From NCBI GenBank assembly GCA_964035545.1, contig OZ037767.1, positions 8,070,581-8,134,580 of the forward strand: a stretch of DNA of 64,000 nucleotides, in the 5' to 3' direction. Within the stretch, counting starts at the first letter, position 1, and each line of letters starts with the position of its first letter. A program made the position numbers and the translations under genes. A model generated the notes under the pieces. The model did no database searches, was not told where the DNA came from, and saw only the letters and a list, made by a program, of their open reading frames with translations. Shown in pieces: positions 1-30,800 of the stretch. The stretch is from Bugula neritina (Eukaryota; Animalia; Bryozoa).

Positions 1-2653
1 TTACATGTCACATTTTAAAAACCTTCTGGTTTTGTTTCGATTGACAAAACATCATTGAGAGAAACAAGAACTGACATATCTAAAGTTCTCATTCATTTTA
101 AGACCTGAATATATTTATATTGAACTTTATTTATTGATGTCATTTTGTGACTTTTTTTGCATAAATTACTATTTGTCAATGCAGTTTTCACTCAAGGCTT
201 AGGACATAGACTTAGGTTTATCTCCACTTGACAACTTTTGGGCTTGCAGCAGAGTTGATTCATTTTACAAGCAGATAACTAAGTTTTTTAACAACCCTTC
301 CTCTCCATTGTTCAAACTTTTGTCACAAACGCCACATGCAGGTGACATTTTGGGCTACAGTATACTTAGCTTGCTAAGGAAATAGCCATTTCTGGAATGA
401 AACTTGTTATAGTAACTAGCATAAGTTGTGATTCTGTAAAGAAAGCAGTCAATTTTTCAAACCAAAGCAAAAGCTTCAAACAAAAATTGAGCAAAGGTAT
501 ACTTTTGTTACTGTTAACTGGCTCAACTAGGCCAGTTATATGTAGTTATCGGTGTTAAGCCTATCTGTTTTGACTCTTAGCCTTTAGTTTTAAATTTGCA
601 AAATGTTGCAGTCTGATTAGTAAGCTTTTCACTCACATTTGATTCAAGTCTTCACTGAAACTAGAAAATAAAAGCTTGTGCAATGTGAAAAACAGTACCA
701 TCAAACTTTTAGTTTAGTACATTGTTCTAAAAATGTACACCTGGTCAGATGCATGAAGCTGTTTTAATATATAACTTCATTATTAATAGTATTTTATCTT
801 TCTGAAATATTGTCAGCAGCTTCCTTTGTATCTGTAACTGTTTTGTGAAAAAAAATTCTTAATAATTACGTTTTTTATTAAAACAAACCTAGTTTATAGC
901 CTTTGTTATGATGAAGCCATGCCCATGTACCAAGAACTTCTTTTATGTTATGATTATTATAATTTACTAGAGAATTAAATACTATATAGTAAACGTATTG
1001 ACTAATTGAGAGATTATTATGAGAATATATGGATTTTGAGTAGATATCAGCTGTGATGTTGCTAGATAATTTGCCATATACTTGTGTACATTTTAAACAG
1101 CTTATAAATAAAGTTCTATTTTAGTGCTCTTCAAGTGTTTTCATTTTTGAGAAAAATAGTAACTTGTTTGAAATCCGATATTAAAAATATATTAGTTGCA
1201 AAAGTAATAACGGCATTAGCATTTTTTATTGAAAGTCATTTTAGATTATTTTTAGTTTTGGGAACGTAGGTTTCCTTACCTAAATACTTAATTCATATTG
1301 CTTTGTTCATTATTTGTACATTAATCCTATTAATTAAAAGTTAATAATTAATGAAGCATATATAAGAGAGATATGAAAACAGTGACTGATTATTTAAAGA
1401 ATCTAGTGTTTTAATAGCTGGATAAGTAGGCTACTCACATATGTTTCATCCCAACAATGATTAACCAGTATCAATAATGGTGTGGGCTTTCAAGGATGTG
1501 GAGTATAACTTCATATTATAATTTATAGTTTTTTTCAACTAGATTTATTTGTTCTTACAATAATGGCTCAATATTTTTCACATTGTTTTGTAATGTTTGG
1601 GGTTTAAACTTTGTTAACTATTATGTCAGTATCACTGTATTATTTCCATATATTCATTAAAGTATGGTTTGAAAAGTGACTATGGAATATTATAGAAAAT
1701 TTCTTTATAACAAGTTATACATTAGGCTTTACATATAAAACTCTGAATGGGTTGAGCATTTCTCAACTGTTCAAAGTCAAATTTTCTCAACTGAGTGTGC
1801 GATCAGCCTTTAATTTTGGATAGTTGAGAAAAACTCATTATTCTACACTGACTCAAGTGAGGTCTTGAACTTTGTAAACTTCAAGTTGTGTTCTGAAGTT
1901 TTGTTTATGTATATTCAGCTGAAAACATTTTTCTATTTCCCTAATGAATCTGTTCTTGCTGGTTTGTAAAAGCCTGCATAGTTTTTTGTGGCTAATTTTT
2001 GCATAATCTGTTGGCTAAGCAACGAGAGCACAGATTGGAAGACAACTCCTATTAAAGTTGTGATTTCATTAGTGAATTATAGCAATATTATCAAATTCAT
2101 AAAATGGCAGTACTAGAGACCAATCCTGGCGTAATTCACAATAATGTTATTATTTGTTAATAAATATTTGTGTATAATAAATATTTGACTAGGAAAATGT
2201 ATGGTGCCATAGAGCACAATGATGTTGTGCAAAATCAATTGAAGATATTATAAAGGCAACATGTACTTTATTATTGTATAATGATATCTGCTGTCAGTTA
2301 CAAAAACTGTAAAATCTACATTTTCCTTGCTTACTAAAAAATTGTTTTTTTAAAATTCCAGATACTTGATGGGAGTGTGTAATAATAATCCTGTTGCTAG
2401 TTCTTGGTCTGTTCAATAACTAGTTAGTTATCTGTAGCTTCAATATTTACCCAAACCATTATACCATTATTTTCATCTCATAATTTTAGATAAACACAAC
2501 ATGAATATTTGAGGTATATTTACTTAGAAGGCCTTTCCTAACAAACTAATCACTATTCTTACTCAGGTAAATGTTATCACAGACTAACTTCCTTCTACTT
2601 CTTTCTCAGTTAGTTTATTTCACACTGAATGTTAGTAGAGTACAGATGGGAGA

Positions 2654-21055
<18,402 letters not shown>

Positions 21056-22523
21056 TTTTCATTCATAAGTTTTTAAGGTTACCAAAGTTTTCTGGTATTT
21101 TTCATATCAAAATCTGGATTTTTTTTTGCTGTCAAGACATCAAATAGATTTTATAATTTCTAAACTTTCTCAGGCTGGCAGAAAAAGCACTAGGAGACAG
21201 AAGGTCTTGATTTTTGTCATTTTACAATATTATAAATTTGATGTTCTGTCAATTGAATTTTTACAGCTAATCCAGTTCTGTAGACCTTGTGAGTAAATAT
21301 TTTAACGTCTAAATTATATCATTAAAAATAAACATTTTCAATGTTGCATTTTGGGACATGGTTGCCACCGGCTTATGTTTGTATTGCTCAAAAATTACTT
21401 GGTTGATATTATTTCAGCCCTTCTTAGTATAGAAAAATGTCTAGAGATGAAAATTATTATTAATTCTGGTCAACAATTACTAAGAAAAACAATATTGTAT
21501 TTTTTATTCGAAATGCCAAATATTTATTGTGTTTGTTTAAAAAAAGCAGTAACTATAAACTTTTCAGTTCTTTTTATGCATTAAATGCGCTGTTTTATAT
21601 GTTGTAAGCAACCATTTGTGTGTATTTTTCATTTGTTCTTTCAACATTTTTTCTTTGAATTAATTGTTACAGGAAAAAATATACATCAATGCACCACCTT
21701 TTTATCTTATGCTCAGTTTTGTACTTTTAGAACAAATATATTTTATTATCTTTTATTTCTAAATCAAATTTTCTATAAACACAAACACAAGTCAACTTAT
21801 AATAGCTATTGAGATTTTTTGCACCCCACTGGGCTTGAGAACTGCACTTCATCTAGGCCAGGTTTTTGCCCATTCCATTCTGCCACTAGTAGGTATTGCT
21901 TATAATTCAATTGCAAAGCTAGAATGTCTCAGCTATATAGCTGGCTTTTGTTAGCTATTAAGCTGTTGCTTTAGAGAATAGCCTTTATTTTAAGTTATTT
22001 GTAACAAGCAGATGACTGATACAGTTAGTAATAATTATTTTACTAAGCATAAACCCACAAGGTAGCTACTTTTTATTACTATATATTTATCTATATTCAA
22101 GTTTTGGTGTTTTGATAATTTATCTTCAATGAATAATGATATTTTTGTACTTGTGTTTTTGTATTATAACTGTAAGTTGGTCATTTATTATATATATAGT
22201 TAACATTGTTTGATAGATTTGGTAGTTGTTGATAAACCATTGGTCGCTGATTTATTTGTAGTTATACATTGTTCATTATTATACTAATTTTGACTGAGCC
22301 TTTTTAAAACACAGTACTTCTAATAGACAATGCAAGAGGATAGTGTTTCTTTTCAGACACAAACTTGTATGATTTCTATAATTATTGCATCTGTTTTTAT
22401 TATTCACAAATTATATGTTGCTTAGTATAACACTACTTCATCTTTTAAGAGATAGAAAAATAGTTAGAGGAGAAAACTTTGGTTATTCACCACAATTACT
22501 TGTAAAAATTAGTTTGTATCTTG

Positions 22524-22829
22524 TGTTATAATTTCCAGAATTAGGGTTGATGTGCAATCAAGAGAGTCTATTTACTTGCTAAAGAACTTTACCAGGATAG
22601 CTCGAGTTAATAAGAGTATATTTTGAGTATAAGATACATAATAAAAACAGTACAGAATATCTAGAAATCTACACGTCTATTTAATTTATCACACTATTTA
22701 CGACTGACTAGTAGCGCGAAGCTAACTACTGCTACTCACTAGCAGCTTCGCTAATTGGCTGAGTGCATTGTTCCGGGTCAATACGCGACCCTGCGTATTG
22801 TGCTGTTGGTAGCTCCACGAGCCACCACA
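22524..22829 (-). mobile_element. Solo LTR related to the Gypsy element at 26167-33651
   Basis: TG...CA, 306 bp, clearly similar to the 305 bp LTRs; 4 bp TSD CTTG on both sides. Confidence 0.9.
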
Positions 22830-24481
22830 CTTGGGCATATATGTGTTTATAAATGTTATATAGGATAAACTATAGCTTTGTTTGTCAGTTATATTATAAC
22901 TGTTGTCAACTGCCAAATTACTAGCTAAAATTGCTAATGTTTAGCAGCATATATGAGTTGAACAGCGTTCGTTTTCTTTTTTTGTCATTTTTGTCAATAA
23001 GTGAGGCAACAGCATTTCGATATGAAATCTATTTTTATTTAATGCAATAGGTGTCACTACTTTGGTCATTGAAATTTTCTTTAGTAAAACTTTTATAGTA
23101 ATGCTAATGCTGCTTTGATTGGCTTTCCAAACTTATATACAAGTTGAATGTTGTTATACAAACTTGCTAGATTATGTAATGTACTGTATGATAAAATGTT
23201 TTAGATGTACAAGCATATTCTCCAGGTTTTTTTCAAATTTTATGTTGCAATATTTCACAAATATGACTTCGGATATTTTACTGTGTTCTGAAAAGTTTTT
23301 ATGCTGTGGCATAAAAAACTTTTTTTCAGCATTTTATTTTAGAAAGTGCATCAATAAAAACACACATGTTTCTTTATAAAAAAACTTCTATATAACTTTA
23401 TTCAGGCAGACATTCTTTTAACGGATGTTAAAAATATAACTCATCACCAGTAGTTTTGTATAATTATTACTTATTTGACTATGAATATCGTATTATGTTG
23501 CTACTAAAAAGGATGATAATTTATATGTCATATGTGGCAACACCTGCACTATAGCTGGTCATGATTTGCAAATTCACTCAGTTATTAAATATGATTTTGG
23601 TTTGAGTAAAAAGAGAAAAACTTTTGTTGGAATGTTTTTAATTCCTTGCTCTTTTTCATATGCAGAAAACATATATTTTGCCACGTATTAGCTGCTTAAA
23701 TAAACATAATATGGTTATATATTGGAGAACTTTGTGTTTTCCATTTACTAGGAAATTGATCATTCAAAAGTGGTTAGTTTTCTTTCTGTTTCCAAATAAG
23801 ATAAATTTTGCTGTTGAATATTTGCCAATATATCCAATAGCTCACCTAAAAAGCTCTTATAAGTAAAGGAAGTGAGATAATGCAATAATTTCAATTAGGA
23901 GAAAATTTCGAGCATGTGGTTCAGCTAGCCCCATGGCTCAATTAGCCCAACTCTCTGATACTCGTTAAATTAGAAAAAACCAGGCAAAAGTCATTTCGCA
24001 TTTAAAGCCACACTCATTCTTTGTATACTACAGCAAAAACAACAATTATGTGTTTCAAATGATTATTCGTAATACTTTGGCATATAGTTGACCACCATAT
24101 GAATTATGAATATTAGCAGTTTGCTCCAAACACGTTTTATAAAGATAAAATCAGTAAAAGCATGTTGTCAGGATTGCTTGATGTACAGTTCAAAGTTTTA
24201 ATAAATACTCATTTGAAGAAATGCACTCCCTGTTTTAGGTTGCAACAAATCATGGGCCTGTAACTGTCCTCAATGAGGAACAAGATATTAATGGTCATAG
24301 TTGCGTAAAGTAGATGCTCCTAGTTACATGATATCTATTTAAGAACATATTAAATTGTTTTCTTTGTTTAATTTTAGGTAGTTTTTATAAGCATTTTAAT
24401 CCAGGAAATTTCCATCAATCTGCCAGTTTACTCACCTATTGCTCCTACTCAAGAGAACTGTTAAATTACTACTTGTGGTAG

Positions 24482-25140
24482 TTCCTCTTACCAATACTCA
24501 AACCCACCAGCCGGAGTTGGTACTAAATCACCTACAAGAGATCCAGTACAGATTGGAGAATCTATATTTTATAAATGTGAAGAAGGGAAAAATTAAGTAG
24601 GGGGATACCTTCAGCTGTAATCTGTGCTAAATACTGATTTGATGACTGAGTAGAAAAGAGAGCCACTGATCTGTGATAACTCAAGTTAGACATGCAGTTT
24701 AAGTAAGCCTATAAAAGATGGCAACTCGCAGATAAACATGCAGTAGAAGCTTGTGATTATTTTAAGAAAACATAAAAATATCTATAGCACATCAGTTAAA
24801 GTGCAACTTTTGCCCACATGATTGATGCTATAAACTGGAATGGGCTTACAAAATTCTTCTTTTCAACATTTTGTTGGATTTGTCAGTTGTGATTGGACTA
24901 TCAGTGGGCTTATCATTAGCGTTAATGGCAACAATGGTACTCTTAGGTGTCATCCTAATGCTAATAAAAAGAATGTCGATGAAAAATAATAAAGACTTCC
25001 ATGTGCCTGCCGCAGAAGATGGAAATAAAACATTAGCTTTAGAGTTGCCTTCTCTCACTGCACCACTTATCTGAATAAAACATTTAAAAAGAAGATGGAA
25101 GTTATGAAGTACTATAAGACCAAACAACTATTTCAAATTA
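24482..25140 (+). pseudogene. Decayed duplicate of the Sushi exon (24482-24684) and TM/tail exon (~24878-25140)
   Basis: Homologous to 20311-20529 and 20748-21055, but with in-frame TAA, TAA and TAG, lost Cys codons, acceptor AG changed to GG, and a frameshifted tail. Confidence 0.85.
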
Positions 25141-26742
25141 CGTTAAACATCAGTTGATGTAAATTGAATATTTACTGTTTTTATTCTCATGTAATTTTGA
25201 ATTGCTAATCTAATCAAGCCAACACTTTGCTAAGTACAGCTAGTGTGAAAATATAGACTTAGCATGACAAAAGTGAGCCTGCATGTTTTTAGGTATGCTA
25301 TTATATCATTAGGGTAACAATTCTTTTGACATTTTTACTCAAAGTCTGTTTTAATTTTCATACTTTTTACTAAGTTTTTATAAGCTAATACGTAGTAAAA
25401 GTGTTAGGAAACAAGAAATCTTAAACATGATTTCTAAAGTTAGTGTTTCGACAACTATTACAATGTCTTTTTTCTTTCAGTGGAAAAACAATAATTATAG
25501 TTTGTGCTTTTAAAAACCAATAATTGGCATTATTTATAAAGAATTTCTACAGCACTCTTTTGCAATTAAATACAAATGCTGCAGGAGCATTATCAGCACA
25601 GAATTTTGGCTTACAGTATGTATAATACATTCAAATTCATATCTTCTAAGTATATAACGTTTTTTATTATGCACCATGTACATTTTAAAAGTTGTTGTCA
25701 AAATGGCATCTTTTATTCCTATTTATCCTACTAATGTCAAATTTAAATAATTTATAAAGTTATTATATAATAATTTAGTGTTTAAAAAATAAAAGTGTTT
25801 CTAGGAATAAAAAATTCTAATTCTTGTTTACCATCATTAGAGAAACAGACCTGTATATTTTTTCAGTCAGAACAAAACAGATATAAATAAAGCGATTTTA
25901 GTAAGTAACTAATCCTTTTCAGTTCTTTTTTAAAGCATTTAATGTGCTGTTTTAGTACTTGTAGTAAGCATCTACTTCTTTATGTTTATTTCTTACTTTG
26001 CATGCTAATACTATGCCAATTCAATTCCTTTTACAATATTATTAACCTGCAAATGTATGATTGCACGTATAAACGTCAATATGCTTTCAAGCAGCCCTGT
26101 TGTAGTAAGAGATGATAGAACATTCGACAGATGTACAGGTTTTGGTTTAAATTAAATCTAATATATTGTTATAATTTTCAGATTTAGGGTCGATGTGCCA
26201 CCAAGAGAGTCTATTTATCACTAGAGAAACTTCACCGGTTAAGTCGAGTAGATATCGTTATATTTAATACAAGAATACATAATAAAAGTCCAATGTACAA
26301 CAGTAATGATACGCACGTCTATTTAGTTTTACAGCACTATCCTCAACTGAGCTAGTAGCGCGAAGCGGCTACTATTACTTATAAAAAGCTTAGCTAATTG
26401 GCTAATACATGGTTCCGGGTCAATACGCAACCTTGCGTATTGTGTTGCTGGTAGCTCCACGAGCCACCACACTGCCCCCTCCAGCAGAAAGCCCACTTTC
26501 TGATAAAATAAGATTCACATAAAAAAAACGTATACTTCGTTGGGGGATAAGAGAACAGCATAAAAGTATATATATAAAAAAAAACAACAACTGGTAAAAA
26601 AAATATACAGGTATATATATCGTGCACTAAGTATAAGCAAGAGAAGGTCCTATCTACATATAGAGTACGTGCCACCATTACGGTAGGGAATGCCACAGAG
26701 AGGAAGGGGAATGAGTAGTAGGGAGTGGTAGGTAGACTCGAG

Positions 26743-27816
26743 TTAATTGCGGGCCGCACGCTTCATGCGTTTAATCGACTCCTGTAAGTATCTGAGTTCA
26801 CTGGAGGCTGCCTGTATTCGTGGGGCCAGCCTGTAGACTTCTTGCTCCAAGTCATGCGCCCTAGCTTCTACCTCACGTAGGTTACGGGCCCAGGGGGACG
26901 AGCGAGAGGAAGTTGGTTGCCTGTGTCGTTTCCGCTCTGAGGATGGAATAGGAGGAGGGAGTGTATACGCATTTGTGTCTACTCTCTGTAGTACGACACG
27001 AGGAAAGGTATGCGGCATGCGTATAGGACTGTGAGGTGGAGAGTTAGCAGACTGTGTAGGTTTATCTGTGGCTCCAGAGGTGATAGGTCGCGGGGAAGGG
27101 AAGCCTTGCTCCAGGCGAGATAGCCGAGCTGAGTCAGTGATGAGTGGTTTAATGGCGTTGAGAAAGGCAGGATAGGATGATTCGTCTACTTCATAGACAT
27201 GTCCTTGATAGCACTGCATAGTACGTTGGTGCCGCAGCAGGTAATCACGGTTATAGCTATATTCGCCGCAAGGGCAGAAAGTGGTGATGTAATGCTGCGG
27301 CAAGTGCACCTTTAGTCTGCGGTGGGTTGTGAATCGCTGCTGGCAGAGGTTGCATTCACGATTACTCTCACCTCCTTGATGGGTCCTGATTTCCCTCTCT
27401 GTGGCAGGGGTAATCCAGTTGGAGGTTGCTTCCAACTGAGGTGGCAGTTGCCTGGTGGTAGGAGTTGTTGGGGCCGGCTCTGGGTCCCACGCCATCTCTA
27501 GAGAAGGCATGCCCGTAGAGACGGGCGCGAGTGTGTCTACAAAAGTAGAATTATTGTTAGATCGCGGTGGATCTTTACAACATAATTCTAGTGACTGTCG
27601 ACCGTTGCTAGCCTGAGAGTCACAGCTTTTGGAATGCACTCGAGGAACTGATGAATCATGTGTGGACTGACCAAGAACAGTGTCTAGCTCCAGGTCTAAC
27701 AGACCGTCGGCCATTACAGTGTCTTCATCGTCATTCACATGAAACGTGGTTCCCAGTAATTCTGATTCAATCTGCTGAATTAGTTCAGAATTTACTGGCA
27801 TCGAGCCCGTTTCCAT
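26743..27816 (-). CDS. ORF3 of Gypsy element 1: C2H2 zinc-finger / coiled-coil protein
   Basis: 357 aa; CNLC-x12-H-x3-H and CPC-x12-H-x5-C; C-terminal heptad-like LREVEARAHDLEQEVYRL...; lies between pol and the 3' LTR. Confidence 0.75.
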   Translation of the reverse strand: METGSMPVNSELIQQIESELLGTTFHVNDDEDTVMADGLLDLELDTVLGQSTHDSSVPRVHSKSCDSQASNGRQSLELCCKDPPRSNNNSTFVDTLAPVSTGMPSLEMAWDPEPAPTTPTTRQLPPQLEATSNWITPATEREIRTHQGGESNRECNLCQQRFTTHRRLKVHLPQHYITTFCPCGEYSYNRDYLLRHQRTMQCYQGHVYEVDESSYPAFLNAIKPLITDSARLSRLEQGFPSPRPITSGATDKPTQSANSPPHSPIRMPHTFPRVVLQRVDTNAYTLPPPIPSSERKRHRQPTSSRSSPWARNLREVEARAHDLEQEVYRLAPRIQAASSELRYLQESIKRMKRAARN

Positions 27817-27833
27817 GAATAGGAATACAAGAC

Positions 27834-30800
27834 TTATACTGGCTTACCTGGGAACTCGGTATTAATGTCCATACTCAACGTTCTTGGTAAGGTTGGAGCT
27901 GGTTGTGAGATACGTCTGCCTTTGGCGATGTCAGCATAAGAAAAGGCTGAGCATCGTTTCTGAGGCACGAGGTCGGAACTATTTGCTTTACGCGCATTAA
28001 TTCCTCCCACTATTCCGCCCTCGCAAAAGTTGATATTTGCGTGGGGTTCACAACTCCAACATTTCATCGTACGGTTTTCCCCTAGACTTTCATGTGCGCC
28101 GCTTCTAATGCAGTCACATATGAAGTCTTTCAAATACGGTGGGGGCTTCCTCGTACGCTGTCCCCTTTCTAGGGGGGGTGACACGCTTGCCGGCTCGTTA
28201 GTAGGGGCCTCTAACGGCGTCTCTACTAACGGCTCGTTAGTAGGGGCCTCTAACGGCGTCTCTACTTCACCGTTAGTGGTCACCTCTTCTTGTTCTCCGG
28301 ATGGAGCCCCTCCCTCCGTGGGGGTTTGCACTTCCGGAACCGGCTCGGTTTCTGGAAGTGATGGAATTTGGCTTGGCGGTGGCGGACACGCTTCTGTTGA
28401 CAAAAGCTGCCGCTCCTCTCTCACCAAGTTTTCCTCCCGCGGTATGACCACTTCGTATTCAGGCCCATGCCGCTGTCGCCCGCGTGTCGTTGTCTGCCTC
28501 CTGGGCTCTAACAACGGGGGGGCTTCTCCCACTCCGTCGGGGCTAGCCCAATACGGTTTCAAGCGAGACTCATTCTGGATAGACACCTGTCCTGAGCGCT
28601 CAATCTTGTACGTATGATTGGGCATAGCCTCGACGACCACGTAGGGGCCTACGAACTTAGGCTTCAGCTTATCAGCCTGTCCGCGGCGCCTACGGTAATT
28701 GACCATCCACACCTTATCTCCCCTTTGATAGAGAGGGGGTTCATCGGAATCTTCGTGCCGCACCTTCCACTGCTGTTGACGCAGTATATCGTGTGCGGCC
28801 TTCATCCGTTCCACTAGTTCACTGGCATACTCGTGAACCGAGTTGTCTTGCTCTGGAACGTGATAGGTGAGATGGTCAGGGACACGAGTCTCTCTCCCGA
28901 GCATCAAGAGGTTTGGGGTCTCACCAGTACTGGTGTGTGGGGTGCTACGGTATGCACGCATGACTTGTGGCAACACCGTATCCCATTCCTCTTGACCTCG
29001 TCCAAGGAGGAGACTCCGGAGCGCATCACCTAGCATCCGGTTGTTGCGCTCCACCACCCCATTACCTTGAGGGTGGTAGGGGGTGGTCCTGCTCTGATTT
29101 ACTCCCCAGAGGTGGCAAAGGTCGCTCATCAGTTGAGACTGGAATTGAGCGCCTTGATCAGAGTGTATCTGTTCGGGAAGCCCAAAATAACAGAATACAT
29201 GTTGGTCTAGCGCCCTGGCCACTGTTGGGGCTGATGCATCTGGGATGGCCAGAGCATCCGCCCACCTAGTAAAGTGGTCGGTTAGTACTAGGATCCAATT
29301 ATTGCCTCTGGGGGTCAGGGGCATGGGTCCGACCAGGTCTACAGCGACTACTTGCCAGGGCCTACCAGCATATAGCCTCCGCCGTCCTGCTTCACCAGGG
29401 GGGCGGCTATGCTTACTGGCCTGGCAGATCTCACACTGTTTGACTCTGAGCCGGACGTCACGCTCCATCTGCGGCCAATACCACCGGAGTCGTAATTTGG
29501 ATATCACTCGCTTGACCCCTGCGTGGGCCTGCTTGTGAGTATCCCAAATCAACTCACGGCGGATGGCTGTGGGGCAGACTACCCTCTTCCTTTCCGGGTG
29601 TCTGCCGCTGGCAGCTAGAGAGATGGTTAGCAACCCATCCTGCCCGATCCGCAGCGAGTCCCAACGCTGACAGTATAGCCGGAACTCGGCGCATCCCTGT
29701 CTTATGCGTTCCTCGCTGGGTCGTCGCCCTTCCCGTTTGGCCCGGTATATGTCTGCCACGACTCCAGGCAGTTCTTCTTGGAGCTTCTTCAGCTCTCGAA
29801 CATTACCGGCCAGTACAGGGTTGGCGCGGAGGTTTTGCACATCCTCCGGGGACGCATCAACCCTCTGCCTGAGTTGACCTTGATCCCAGTCAAACGGTGC
29901 TCCGTGATGAGCCAGCGTCTCCAACTCGCATCGCGGGGGACCTCCATCCCTTCTCTCGATGTTGAGACACTGTTTGCAACCTCCGTCAGGTCGGCGACTC
30001 AACCCATCCGCATTGCTGTGTCTCTTGCCCGGTCGATGTTCGATCCGGTATGAGAATTCAGCTAGGATTTCGAGCCACCGGGCGACCTGACTAGAGGGCT
30101 CTGCTCTCTTGCACAACCAGATCAGCGAGGCATGATCCGTACGCAGCCGGAACTTCCTGCCATATAGGTATGGTCTGAAGTGCTTCACCGACTTGATTAC
30201 TGCCAGCAGCTCCTTGCGGGTAGTGCAGTAATTTCGTTCAGCGGGAGAGAGAGACTTGCTGTTGTAGGCTACTACTACTTCTCGGCCTTCCTGCACTTGT
30301 GACAGCACAGCGCCAACATTCTGGTCACTGGCGTCCGTGTCTAGGATGTACTCCAGAGTGGGGTCTGGGTAGGCCAAGATGGGCGCCGTTAGGAGGCATC
30401 CCTTGAGGCGGTCGAACGCTTCTTGTTCGACTGGGGTCCACTGCCACGTCACTCCCTTTGCGGTAAGCCGGTTTAAAGGCTGGGCTATGCCCGCAAAGTC
30501 TGGTATGTATTGCCTGTAATACCCTACCAGCCCCAAGAAAGCCCGGAGTCCGGTCAAGTCTTGGGGGGTGACCCAGTCTTCTACTGCCCGTACCTTTTCG
30601 GGATCCGTTGCCACGCCGTTTCGACCGACAACGTGCCCCAGGTACTTGACCTCCGGCTGCAACAGAGCGCACTTGGAAGGTTTGAGCTTAAGACCGGCAC
30701 CTCGGAGTCTCTCGAAAACCTCCTGTAGACGACTGACATGTGTCTCGAAGTCTGGAGAGATTACGATGACATCATCGAGGTAGACCAGCAGTGTCTTCCA

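Noticed and set aside
24239-24305. Possible relic of exon 20 upstream of the pseudo-Sushi (INGHSCVK vs SEGHSFK)
   Set aside because: Similarity too weak and donor unconvincing.
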